A stretch of DNA of 64,000 nt from Rhodosorus marinus CCMP1338 (Eukaryota > Plantae > Rhodophyta): contig JAMWBK010000002.1 in the NCBI GenBank assembly GCA_029953675.1, forward strand, positions 434,001 to 498,000, read 5' to 3'. How positions within the stretch are numbered: position 1 is the stretch's first letter; each line of letters begins with the position of its first letter. Made by a program: the position numbers and the translations under genes. Positions 12,288 through 23,280 of this stretch are shown here, piece by piece. Under the pieces are notes generated by a model, which made no database searches, was not told the origin of the DNA, and saw only the letters and a list, made by a program, of their open reading frames with translations.

Positions 12288-14509
12288 AAGCCGATTTAGA
12301 CTAGATCAGTCAATATTAAGCCAATGAGATAGAAGTAAAACAACGATTTCGCCTCTTTATTGGTTATATTTTGACTGATCAATTCTTTATTACAAAAAAA
12401 AGGACCTGCCCCAAGTTGCCGTCCTGGGCTTCGGTTGTTTCGAGAAGAGGATGGCTAGGTCTTGACTGGCTTTTCGAAGGTCAGTGCTAAGACAAAGTTC
12501 TCTGTTGCGTGTTTTCATCAAATTTGTACATCATATGAGCTCAGGCATGAAAGAGTTGAAGACGCTGTGCTGAGACACCGATCGTTTTATGAAAGATCTA
12601 CTGTTTGTTTTTGCATCGACAAGGTTTGAGAAGATTTGCACGCTATGGCGGAAGCGCAGCGCACGCATCGCACAGTGTATAGCGTGAAGAGCTTTTGAAA
12701 GTAGGGGGCGCCAGGGCGAATCGACGAAATCCAGCGAGAAGCGGGATCATTACGCAGGCTTCGTTATCGTCTCATTTGTACGGGATATGGCGACCACGAG
12801 GTGCTTTTTCTGTATTACTCGCTCCAAGCCGAGAAGTGAAAGAACCAAATTTCCGCCACAGCAGTTCGCATATTGTTTTTGAAAAGGTCTGGCAGCGGCG
12901 AGGCGATCTCAACTCACAACTCGAACCGAATCACTAGGGAGAAGGTCCGTGGTCCAAACTTGGGTACCAACTTCGTCAGCACTTCGTTGATAGTTCCTCG
13001 AAGCTAACTCTCTCTGTTTGTGTATTGACGGCTTTATGATTGACAAGTTGAGTCCAAGTAGGTCAGTGAGATCGGGCGGTGGTCTTCTTGAGAAATACAT
13101 CCAAGGAACTCTCTTCGACAGATCCAATCATGATTAAGGACAAAATTTCTTTTTCTGTGAACTAAGAACTCTTAAATTAATATTGACCAGTGATATCTGT
13201 CTTAAAATATTTTATAATATTCAAATAATTACGCTTGTATGGACTATTTTAGAGTTTATTCTCTAGATAGGCATACATATAGCGTACAAATCGTTTTAGA
13301 CCTACGCAACATATCATATTTAAACATTTTCTGGTTTCGAACGAGAAGTGAGTTCTGCTTTGCTTTTTAAAAGGTAGAAAGCTACAACTGAATGATTGCC
13401 GTTGCTGAGGCTGCCGCAGGAAACGATTCTGTCTGTTGGTGCCGGGCTGGTGCTGTGCCATTCCGGGTTGATTACCAAGCCGACCCAATGCTCCATTTCG
13501 TTATTCTCTCTGTTGTTGATGGTACTCGGAGGGCGGCTCCATTCGATCTTTCCCCGAACACTCGCCTTCCCTGCTCGCCATCTGAAAGACGGTCCACGCT
13601 AGCATCCTTCTACACACCAAAGGCGGGAGACTAGTACTCGACAGAAACCGCGAAAGAATCAAAACCCTTCTGAGGAAAGAAACCGATCAAACGGTAGATA
13701 CTCCCAGTTGCCCCTGACCAGCTCAATCGGACCAGCTAATTCCCACCTATCGCTACCTAACTAGACCACGCCAACCAGCAGACCGCGAACGGCGCCACAG
13801 TACTTGAAATCTTCAAGGAAATGAGTTGAAGCTAAGACGCTAAGCAGTCGAAACCACCACCTGGCTAGCCTAGCAAAGCGACTGAGATCGCTTGGCCGAA
13901 ACCCAAAAGCAAAGATCAGCTGTGCAAAGCGAAGCCAAGCCAAGCAGATCTTCATCAGAGTCTGCGGAAGAGCTTTCTCAGTTGCCTCGATGGGTGTGTC
14001 TGGGGAGGGAGAGCGGAGTGCATGCACTATGTTTCCTCGGCTGCGAAAAGTTCGTTTAAGAACGTTGTGAGTTTTATGTTTTCAAGTTTTGCCGGAGAGA
14101 AGAACGGAGGAATGTGTTCACAGTTAACGAAGAGGGTGGAGATTTTGGTTTGGGACCTTGTGGGTTGAGGAGGTTTGGGGTGGAGGGAGTTTTCTTTTGA
14201 TGGTCTGAGAGCTGGTTTGGAAAGGACAAAAGGTTGTGATGTTTTGGTGTTTTTTTTGCCTCTACTGTTTCGTGGTTCGTTGGGTGAGTAGTTGAGCTTG
14301 GGTTTTGGCCTTTATTTATTCCTTCCTTTTTTTGGTTTGTTTTGGACGATTGGTGGTTTGACGTGGTTGTACGTTGGCGTGTTTTTGGGGGCGGTGGGGT
14401 GGGGAGGGAGGGGGGGGGGGAGAGAGAGGCCGGGGGCCGGGGGCCGGGGGCCGGGCGGGGGCGGGTTTTGAAAGGTTGAGAAGCTCTTTTTGCTTTTTGT
14501 GTAAGCTAG

Positions 14510-16048
14510 ATGGGAGTGGGCAGCTCCACTGCCAATAAGCTCGATAAGGCGTTGGCGACTGATCTGCCGGAAGATGAGCGGTACTTTGGATTGGAAAACG
14601 TAAGTGGTTTTTGATACAGTCGGTTTGGTGCTTTTCGTTTCTTTGTGGTGGATGTGAGAGTGGGATGGCGTAGGGACACAGTCTGACTTTTCTATTTACT
14701 TTTGGTTGTTGTGCGGTTGGATAGTTTGGAAACACGTGCTATTGTAACTCAGTGCTTCAAGCCCTATACTTCTGCGAGCCATTCCGAAAACAAGTGCTTC
14801 TCTATGACAGAGATCGCAGAGAGAGAATAAGACATAACGCTGAGCAACAAAAGATCCTGAACGGGAATGGGTCGCATGCGGCGAGCGGGTTGAAGTCTGC
14901 GGTGAAAGGTAAAAAATCGTCATAAGCAAAAGCACATTACCTTTTTTTTTTTCAGCGTTCCGCCTTTGTTCAGCTTCTCAAATCCAGAGCTTATGTATAT
15001 GTCATACCCCGTAGGAGTTGGAAACGTCATTAACGTCGCCGGAAATCAACAGGGTAGCGGTGGTGGGTCTCCTGGAAGCGCATCCACAGCCGCAAATGGA
15101 TTGGGACCAGGAAACGAAGAGACGCTTCTTTCAGCATTGGGTGACCTGTTCACGCAGATCACTAACCAAAAAAAAAGGACTGGCTCAGTGCCTCCCAAGA
15201 CGTTTGTGAATCGGCTGCGCCAGGAGAACGAACTTTTCAGAAGCTACATGCATCAAGATGCACATGAGTTCCTCAACTACGTCCTTAACAACGTGGTGGA
15301 AAACTTGAACAAGGAGGAGGAATTGAAGAAGAAGGATACAAAAGGACTTCCACCGGAAGCGACGAATGGAGTGAGTTCCCATTCTGCGTCCTCCGGTACG
15401 ACCATCGAAGGGGACGATCCAAAACTGGAGAAAAAAGTACCAAAGACGTTTGTTCACGACCTGTTTGAAGGTCATTTGTCGAACGAGACCCGGTGTCTAT
15501 GTTGCGAGACAGTGACGCAGCGAGTTGAGCCTTTCTTGGATGTGAGCGTTGATATTGCTCAGAACTCGTCTTTGACAAGCTGTCTCCGAAATTTCTCTTC
15601 AACGGAGCTGCTCAACAAAGAGGACAAGTTTTACTGCGATGCATGCTGCAGCTACCAGGAGGCGGAGAAGCGTATGAAGATAAAGAAGCTACCTCGAATC
15701 CTGGCGCTTCACTTGAAGCGATTTAAGTACGTTGAGCATATAAACAAGTACAAGAAGCTGAGCTACAGAGTCGTTTTTCCTCTGGAATACCGGCTCTGTA
15801 ACACCAGCGACGATATCGAAGACCCGGATCGTTGCTACTCTCTCTTTGCGGTTGTCGTCCACGTCGGAAGCGGACCAAATCATGGACACTATGTGGTTTT
15901 GATCAAGAGCCACGGCCAATGGCTTCTCTTCGACGACGACTGTGTTGAGCCGAAGGATGAGTCCGAACTACAGAGCGTTTTCGGGTGCACACAGGAGACC
16001 TCGACAAGTACAGAATCCGGGTACATTCTGTTCTATGAAAGTAGTTGA
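14510..16048 (+). CDS. Ubiquitin-specific protease, USP12/46 (plant UBP3/4)-like; exons 14510-14599, 14725-~14900, ~14956-16048
   Basis: [23 protein letters not shown]|[17 protein letters not shown] (Cys box), HQDAHEFLN, His box [22 protein letters not shown] and GYILFYE. The second intron boundary could not be resolved. Confidence 0.95.
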
Positions 16049-16893
16049 GAATGACGAAAGGGGACGCAAGAGGAAAAAAACCCAAACCGATGTTGTTACA
16101 TCTTCGGGCACGGGAAGCAGAAGAAATCTGGACAACCATGGATTCAGAAGAACAACTTCCTATAGAAAAAATCGTGTAAATTCCGTTTGAATTAAAAATT
16201 TCTGATAAAGCAGTATAGAGGTTTTGGCCATATCTCAACTTTCCGCATCTGCTCCCAAGCAAGAAGAGCTCGCCAACGGGAGGGTCCACAGGTGATCATC
16301 TGCGCAAATTTCTGAAGAAGGGCGCTCATCTAGCTCGTCCAGTTCTACGCTTTGCACAGCAGTTTGGGCCTCCATCGCGAGACGAATGGAGCAACTTACA
16401 GTTCTTTGTCGAAGCCTTCTCGACCAGAGGACAAACCGTGAGCTTCCCATCGCCATCGGAGCACAATTTTGCTCCATGAGCTAAAACTTTGCCTTTTGAG
16501 GCAACGGGATGAGCTCAAGACGGACACGAATACTCAAATACTCCTCAGCGTCTGTAGGACTCATCTTTAGTAGCAGAGCGACTGCGTGTGTTTGTCGTTC
16601 TCCTCTTCATGCTGACGTTGGTGCCTTGGCTCTTCCTAGTCAAATGTTAGATACTTCACACGACGTGTGGGTTTGGTTTGAGGCATCTGTTGGATGGGAG
16701 GCTTTTTTTGTCTGGCTTTGTTGTCTTTGTTGCCTCTGCTTCCATCCTCATCAACAGGTTGATTCTTGTGTGAAAGGATTTGCCGAGCATTGGCTGACGG
16801 CTAGCTGTACCTGGTTGTGAAGTGTAGGAGCCGTAAAGCCCAGTAGAAGGGAGATTGGGGGGTGGGAATGTATGTTAGATGGGGAGATTGGAC

Positions 16894-18332
16894 ATGAAAA
16901 CTGCCTTTGCTGCCTATGTTAAGGAGTCGGTAGGAAGGAGTTCTGCCTCTAAAGTTATATCGCAGCCTCCACATGCGGCGTATGTTCATATTCCGTTCTG
17001 TCGGCAACGATGTCACTACTGCGACTTTCCTATTGTAGTTACTGGAGACCATCTGGAAGTAGAAAAGAGAGCGAATCTACACGAAAACTACTTCAATGCG
17101 CTGATAAGGGAGATTGGATTGGAGTCAACGTCTGGGAGACCTCGGAGGGCACTCACGAGCGTGTACTTTGGCGGTGGGACGCCTTCACTCGCATCCGCTC
17201 GGGATATCTCAAACGTTCTCCGAACCCTCGATTCGGTCGTAGGACTTGAATCAAACTGCGAGGTAAGCTCTCGTCGTTGGGATTCCCAAACGCTAACCTG
17301 GTTCAGAGAACAGTCAGCACACGACTGACCTCGGGCAAAAAAAATGAAAATCGCGTTTACAGGTGACACTGGAAATGGATCCAGGCACGTTCGACTTGGC
17401 CAAGGCCAGAGAATTCCAGTCCATCGGCATCAACCGAGCGAGCGTCGGTGCGCAGACGTTCAACCCGGAACTCCTTAAACTCTGCGGAAGAGCCCACAGC
17501 GTCGATGAAATCTATCAAGCAGTGGAGAACATCCGTTCAGCAGGAATCCAAAACTTCAGTATGGATCTCATTGGTGGCCTTCCAACACAGAGCCTAGAAA
17601 CTTTTCAGGTAAAAGCTCAGCCGATCGCTATTCTTCGATCCTGGCTAAGCAAAGTTTGATCTAAATCTATACTCTTGTCATTTTTAGGGTAGTCTAGAGG
17701 AGCTAATCCGTTTAGAACCATCGCATTTGTCCGTATACGACCTTATTATAGAAAATGGTACCAAATTTGCGCGGTTGTACAGCGCGGGGAGTTCGCCGTT
17801 GCCTAGTGAAGAGGATACTTCAGAGATGTACAGAATGGCGTCGCTCAGGCTTCAAGAGGCTAGCTACGTTCACTACGAGACGTCAAGTTTTGCTCTTGAA
17901 GGGTTCCAATCTGCTCATAACCAGACTTACTGGAGGAACGAGCCGTACTTTGGGTTTGGACTGGGCGCTGCGAGCTTCCTTGACGGCAACCGGTTCAAGA
18001 GGGATGGTAGGATGGGAGGATACATGGATTGGGTATCGACCGCATCAAAGTATGAAGACCTCGAAATGCCAGTGGAGGAAGTGTACACCTTCCAGACTGA
18101 AGTTGAGGAGTTTATCATGCTGGGACTTCGGACAGCGGAGGGCCTGGACTTTGAAGAGCTCAGTAGGCGATTCGATGAGGACATCGCTAAGAACGTGTTC
18201 AAGTCCCTCAAAGGGCAGGAAAGGCATCATGTACATCTAGAAGACGGACTCCTGGCCAGGCTGACGTCACCAGAAGGGTTTCTTGTTCAGAATGCTATCA
18301 TTGTCGACGTACTTAAAAACTTGCCCTTTTAG
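16894..18332 (+). CDS. Radical SAM HemN-like protein (HemW/RSAD1 heme-chaperone type); exons ~16894-17262, 17363-17608, 17688-18332
   Basis: AYVHIPFCRQRCHYCDF (CxxxCxxC), SVYFGGGTPS, TLEMDPGT, HLSVYDL, HYETSSF and HNQTYW..YFGFGLGAAS. An alternative ATG lies at 16879. Confidence 0.93.
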
Positions 18333-18670
18333 GCACTCAGCGAAAAAACACTCCTGAGTGCATCTGAGAGAACTCTAGAGCTTTCTTTGAACAGATTCAG
18401 CGACGACAAGGCTCTATGCGTTTGTTTCTGAGTTTTTTTCTTGCTTTCGACCACGGAACCAAACCCTAGTAATATTTGACTTGATCACGACGAAAAAAAC
18501 TTTTCCTCATCACTTCGGGGAATTTGCTTGCTCTATGAAAAAGCTCGAACTCGGAACATAGTTCGAGCTTTTTCGAAGTCAGTTCGTCCCAGTCCTGGCT
18601 CTCAAGACGCCGCACGATCCAAACGGAAAAGCCCACATTCTGTTGACTAAAAACCAGTACAAAACTTTTT

Positions 18671-19248
18671 TCACCAGTCATCCTCGTCGTCATCGTCATC
18701 GTCAAAGTTCGTTCGTCTTCTTGAAACCTGATTTTGGAAACCGTAAATGAGAAACAAGAAAATCCACTGCACGAGAACGAATAGAAGTGGCTTACTGTTA
18801 CTTTGGGTTTTCTTTCAGCCTCAGTAAACTGCGAAAGCATGGACTTGAGTTGTTCCTCCGATACCTGACCTCCTAAGCGCCCGGTCTGTGCAGCGCTTAG
18901 AAGGTAGTTCTCCAACTGTCTAGCTTTGTCCGGCTTCACAAGTGCAATGTTCGCAAGCCTCTCCGCCGCCTGCGGCGTGAGGATCTGCTTGAGGAAGATC
19001 CTCCGCTGCTCCTCTTGAGCTCTAAAACAGAGAGAAAAACATCAGACAACGCTTCTTTCGCAAGATGACGCCTCAGATAAACTAGAAACCCACCGCTGCT
19101 GAGCAGCTTTCTCCTCTGCGGACGGTCCACCTCCTGCCCCATCCATTTGGCCAGGAGCAGGCGCCCCTCCAGGTGGAAGACCAGACTGTCCTTCCTGTGC
19201 TCGCTTCATCGCTCGCTTCTCCCATACGTTCATGCCATTCTCCGACAT
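18671..19248 (-). CDS. PDCD5: Programmed cell death protein 5 / dsDNA-binding protein; 3 exons
   Basis: Spliced translation gives RAQEEQRRIFLKQILTPQAAERLANIALVKPDKARQLENYLLSAAQTGRLGGQVSEEQLKSML..KVT|VSRRRTNFDDDDDDEDDW. Confidence 0.93.
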
Positions 19249-20028
19249 CTTTGGTTTAGATTCCTTTGCGGATACATAGATATGTGTATCCGTCAATGCA
19301 TCACAACTTTCCACCTCCACCCACCTGCCTCAACTCTTTTATGGACTGTCAATGGTGTTGGAGACACCGGCACATGTATAAAGGACGGATCGTTATTGTA
19401 GTAGTGGTTATAAAACAGCTCATCTATCATCCATTTTATCCAATACATTCGTATTCGAGCTTCGAATCGAGTACAACTGGAAGTTCCTTTGTCACTGCAG
19501 ACTTCAATGAACAAGCTGCTTGTGGATCGTGTGAGTTAGTCAGCAGGGGAGCGTCGGATGACCAAGATCGACTGGATTCTTGATAGCTTGTCTGGAAACT
19601 AGATGAAAAAGCGCTGCAATAGTATAAAGCATCTTCGCCCCTCTTAGCTTTCGATAAACTCGCCGTTGAACGAGGCTACGCCTCCTGGTTCTTTCGGGAG
19701 GAAAGTTGAGCGTCTGGCCGGATCTATCCACTTTTTGAGTTTGCTCGTCTGAAGGGTTCATTCAATCATAAGAAAGCGAACGGCGCTTTCGCCGTGGTAA
19801 GTTTTTCTTCTATTCCCAGCTCCGCCAAAAACAAACACGACCGGGAAAGTGACCATCCCGAGATCTGTTCTGGAAGCCAAATGGTGGGCCGGAAGGATAG
19901 TACGGAGATAAAATCCGAAACCAGGCGTGCTGGTTTGTCTTGGAAAATCTTTTGCGCGGAGACAACTGTTCCAAGAGACTCTTGCCAAGGAGACAACTTT
20001 TCCAAACAGACTGCCAAAGGAACTCGAA

Positions 20029-20770
20029 ATGAGCGGGAAACGGCTTAAGGCGTTCAACATTAAGAGGTGGATCGATGAAAACCGCGAGCACTTCAAGCCT
20101 CCCGTTGGGAACAAGCTTCTATTCTGTAATGAGTTTAAGGTGGTTCAGGCTCGCGAGCAACTCCTTCCGCTGCGAGGCTTCTTTACTTATTTGCTCATTC
20201 GTTGGTTTAGGTAATGATCGTAGCCGGACCAAACTCTAGATCAGACTATCACGTGGAGGAAGGGGAGGAATGGTTTTACCAGTTCGATGGTAGGTTTGCG
20301 CATGGTGACGGAATGTTTGAAAGCTGTTTGGTTTTGAACTTGGGTTGTTGTTGAGTTATTAGGAGGAATGACGCTCAAAGTTGTAGACGATGGAGAGTTT
20401 TACGACATTCGTATTGAGCAAGGAGACACATTTTGCCTTCCGCCCAGAATTCCACACTCACCGCAGCGAGATGCTGGATCGATCGGGATTGTAGTCGAAA
20501 GGGAGCGCAGAGAAGGTAATTCTCCCAAGCTGGCTGACAGGGAACACCGGCGTCTTTGTGGCTAAACACGTGTAGCACCTACTTGGTCGATTTACAGGTG
20601 AACTAGACGCGATGCGATGGTATTGCGAGCAGTGTAAAAGCATCCTCCACGAGGAATCCTTCTCCTGCAAGGATCTTGTAAAGGATCTGCCTCCTATTAT
20701 GGAGAGATATTGGGGCTCTGAAGACTTGAGGACTTGCAAGCAGTGTGGCTGGAAGGAAGAACCGAAGTAA
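20029..20770 (+). CDS. HAAO: 3-hydroxyanthranilate 3,4-dioxygenase, short form; exons 20029-20139, 20211-20289, 20363-20515, 20598-20770
   Basis: [61 protein letters not shown], and WYCEQC...TCKQCG (two CxxC pairs). Confidence 0.96.
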
Positions 20771-20849
20771 ACTGCGGTTGAGAAAAGAGAGAGCGGGGAT
20801 GAACATAAAACTCCCACAAAAAAAAAATGTCGGATCTGGATGCAAACGC

Positions 20850-21857
20850 TCAAATATCTGGTTTAAAGACGAGCGTCGCAATCATGCTGCCTATAGTCAG
20901 CAGGAATATTAGAAGCTCGATTACAGCAAGCACCACAACAGCTCGATACGCTGGAGTGAGCACCCTTCGATCCGATGAGGAGTTTCTCAGCACTGCCAAG
21001 AAACGCCGATAGGAGATTCCGGCGTACTGTTTTAGAGAAGAAAGTGGTGGAAGACGAGAAGACCTGGGTTCAGACAAAACATTTTCTCCCAAGTGGATGT
21101 TGGTGGGGAGTTGCTTCACCAGAACGTACAGTAAAGACTCCAATTGCTGAGACTGCAGCGAACAAGGACCCTGTAGCCACCAGCCAAACCGGTCGGATAA
21201 CCGGACCCAACCGCATATACCCAACGGAGAAGATAAATAATTGAATTCCGACCAACGTCCAAGACTGGTAGGTCCTCACATTTGACAGGAGACTAAGGAC
21301 CCTGCCGACCTCGGGAATTGGGTCGAGGTGAGCACAACCGGTTGACATTACTAATCAGGAGTCGTACGATCGAAAAAAAAAAAGAAGATGAGAAAACTAC
21401 TCCGCAATTTTGGTTTGCGTCGACGGGCTGCGTTAGAAGACGAATGCGTACTTAGCCCGTCTAACCTTCGTAAGATATCCCGCCTGTGCTTTGGGCTGGT
21501 AATTCCTATTTCCTCTCTCAGTTCCTGAGGGGTAATAGTCTTCAAAGTTCTTCCGTCCACTTCGTTTTCTACAAACTTGTCGGCATACTCAGGATAGCCG
21601 ATTGCGTTGATCCAGTCTACAACGTCATCTACGTCAATAACATCCACAAGGGCATCCGGACCTATGAACTCCGACCGAGCGGAAGATAAATGCTTTTCGC
21701 GAAGACCCTCCAGAAAGTCATGCAGCGATTCATCCTCAACGATGGGCGAGTCCCTTGCCCGCTGCGCTCTTAGCTCCACCGCATTGGAAGCCTGCTGTCG
21801 ATCCAACTTCTTCTTAGATCTTGATCTGAGCAGACTGTCTAGTGCAACTTGATTCAT
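20850..21857 (-). CDS. SAM-domain plus DUF202 (YidH/VTC1-like) multi-pass membrane protein; 3 exons
   Basis: SAM: DDVVDWINAIGYPEYADKFVENEVDGRTL..ITPQELREEIGITSPKHRRDIL. Exon 2 LSLLSNVRTYQSWTLVGIQLF resembles the DUF202 LANERTxLAW motif. Three hydrophobic segments follow. Intron 1 is 21351-21400. Confidence 0.75.
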
Positions 21858-22079
21858 TCCCCCTGAGCGACTTCCTCAGGAAAATCCCCGCCTCAAAACA
21901 GGAAGAGCCAATACAGTTCCTTTACCTCAACGGACATCAAGATTGATAAGGAGGCCGTCGAGCTACACCCGTTAGGAAGACGAAAAGTGGAAGACGAAAA
22001 GGTAGCCAACCACACAAGAGCAGTATCCGCGCTCTCCACAAGTTTCACTCTCTTTCGCCCCAGAGCAAATTGCTCACGT

Positions 22080-22560
22080 CGAGAATTCGAGAAAAACCGC
22101 ACACAATCCTCCGCCTTTACAATGCATGCTATTCATAGATCTCAGATTCCCTGATACAAGCAGCCCTATCCATACAAGCGGTCATAGCTAGTCCTTCCCA
22201 CACCCCGGGATGGTTGTTACAACCAAACTCAATTCTTGCAGGCCCCGGCCAGTTCGCGAAAGAACTGCACACGATCCTCCGCCCTCACTCGCTCACAAAT
22301 TTCTATGAAGCTCTCAGAATCCCCCGACGTCAAAAGTAATCTAACCCTTGCAAGCCTTCGGAGCTTGTCCTTCTGCACTTTTCTTTAGAGAATCCGCTCA
22401 GGATGGTTGAAAATCGCCCAACTGCTCTGCCCCCAATGGAACGCGAAGTTACTCATAGTCCTCAAATCTCCTGGATGTCGAAAATGGTCTTGACCCGTGC
22501 GAGCTTATGTGACTTGTCATGCTCCTTCGGAAAATCCACTCAGGATGGTTCACCTTGCGT
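22080..22560 (-). pseudogene. Degenerate internally repeated coding fragment
   Basis: AACCATCCTGAG(C/T)GGATT recurs near 22400 and 22540 (partially near 22210), and GGCGGAGGAT(C/T)GTGTGC recurs near 22110 and 22278. They translate as NHPE.I..RK...DK...LARV and VRAED/VKAED, with stops and frameshifts. Confidence 0.45.
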
Positions 22561-23280
22561 TCCAACGCTGCTTCATTGTTGGAAACGATGCATCAGCGTT
22601 TTTCTGCCTGCTTCTCAGGGTATTTAGGCTCTGAATAAACGGTTCGTATTGAATGTTTGCCGCTCATCAACCCCTCCTCCCCAGCCCCAAACCCCGTTTC
22701 TCCATCTTTTTAGACACCTCTTCAAAGAACGTCTCGAAGCCTCCTAAATCTATGAATTGTGAAAGATTATTAACCGCTTTTCACTGCCGCCTGGACCCAA
22801 AAAATGGAATCCCTCTTGACATGGAGTTTCCAGTCCAGGAAGAAGACAGAAAACTCCATGGAATTTTCTGTCCAGATTCTCAAGATGGAGTTTTCCGTTT
22901 TCTTCTTTTAAAAGGAAAAGTTTTTCTCAATTTTGAGATGTTTTTAGCCGATTTTTAGTTGTCATACGTCGCTAGCTGTCATCCGCGACCGTTCGTCTGG
23001 GGCCCTATGAAGTCGTATGTCCCGACAGAAGACTCCCATCCCGCAGATCGTGAAGATTTAGACGTATGGAGAGATGACTCCGAACGGATGCCATTCCTTA
23101 CAACGCGGGTATTTAGAGGGGGTAACATTGCTCTTAGTCAGGTGAGTAGATTAGAAGCGGCTTCGACATCTCCGTTGCATGCTCTAATGGGTTTCGTGTG
23201 CTCCAGTGTGGATGAAGGGAGTACCTAGTCCTCGATTTTGAGGGCTTTTTAGTATCTCAACCTGAAACTGGGCGTCTGGT

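Noticed and set aside
16200-16800. Possible small gene divergent from the HemW-like gene
   Set aside because: It would need implausibly short introns (under 30 nt), and no homology is recognisable.
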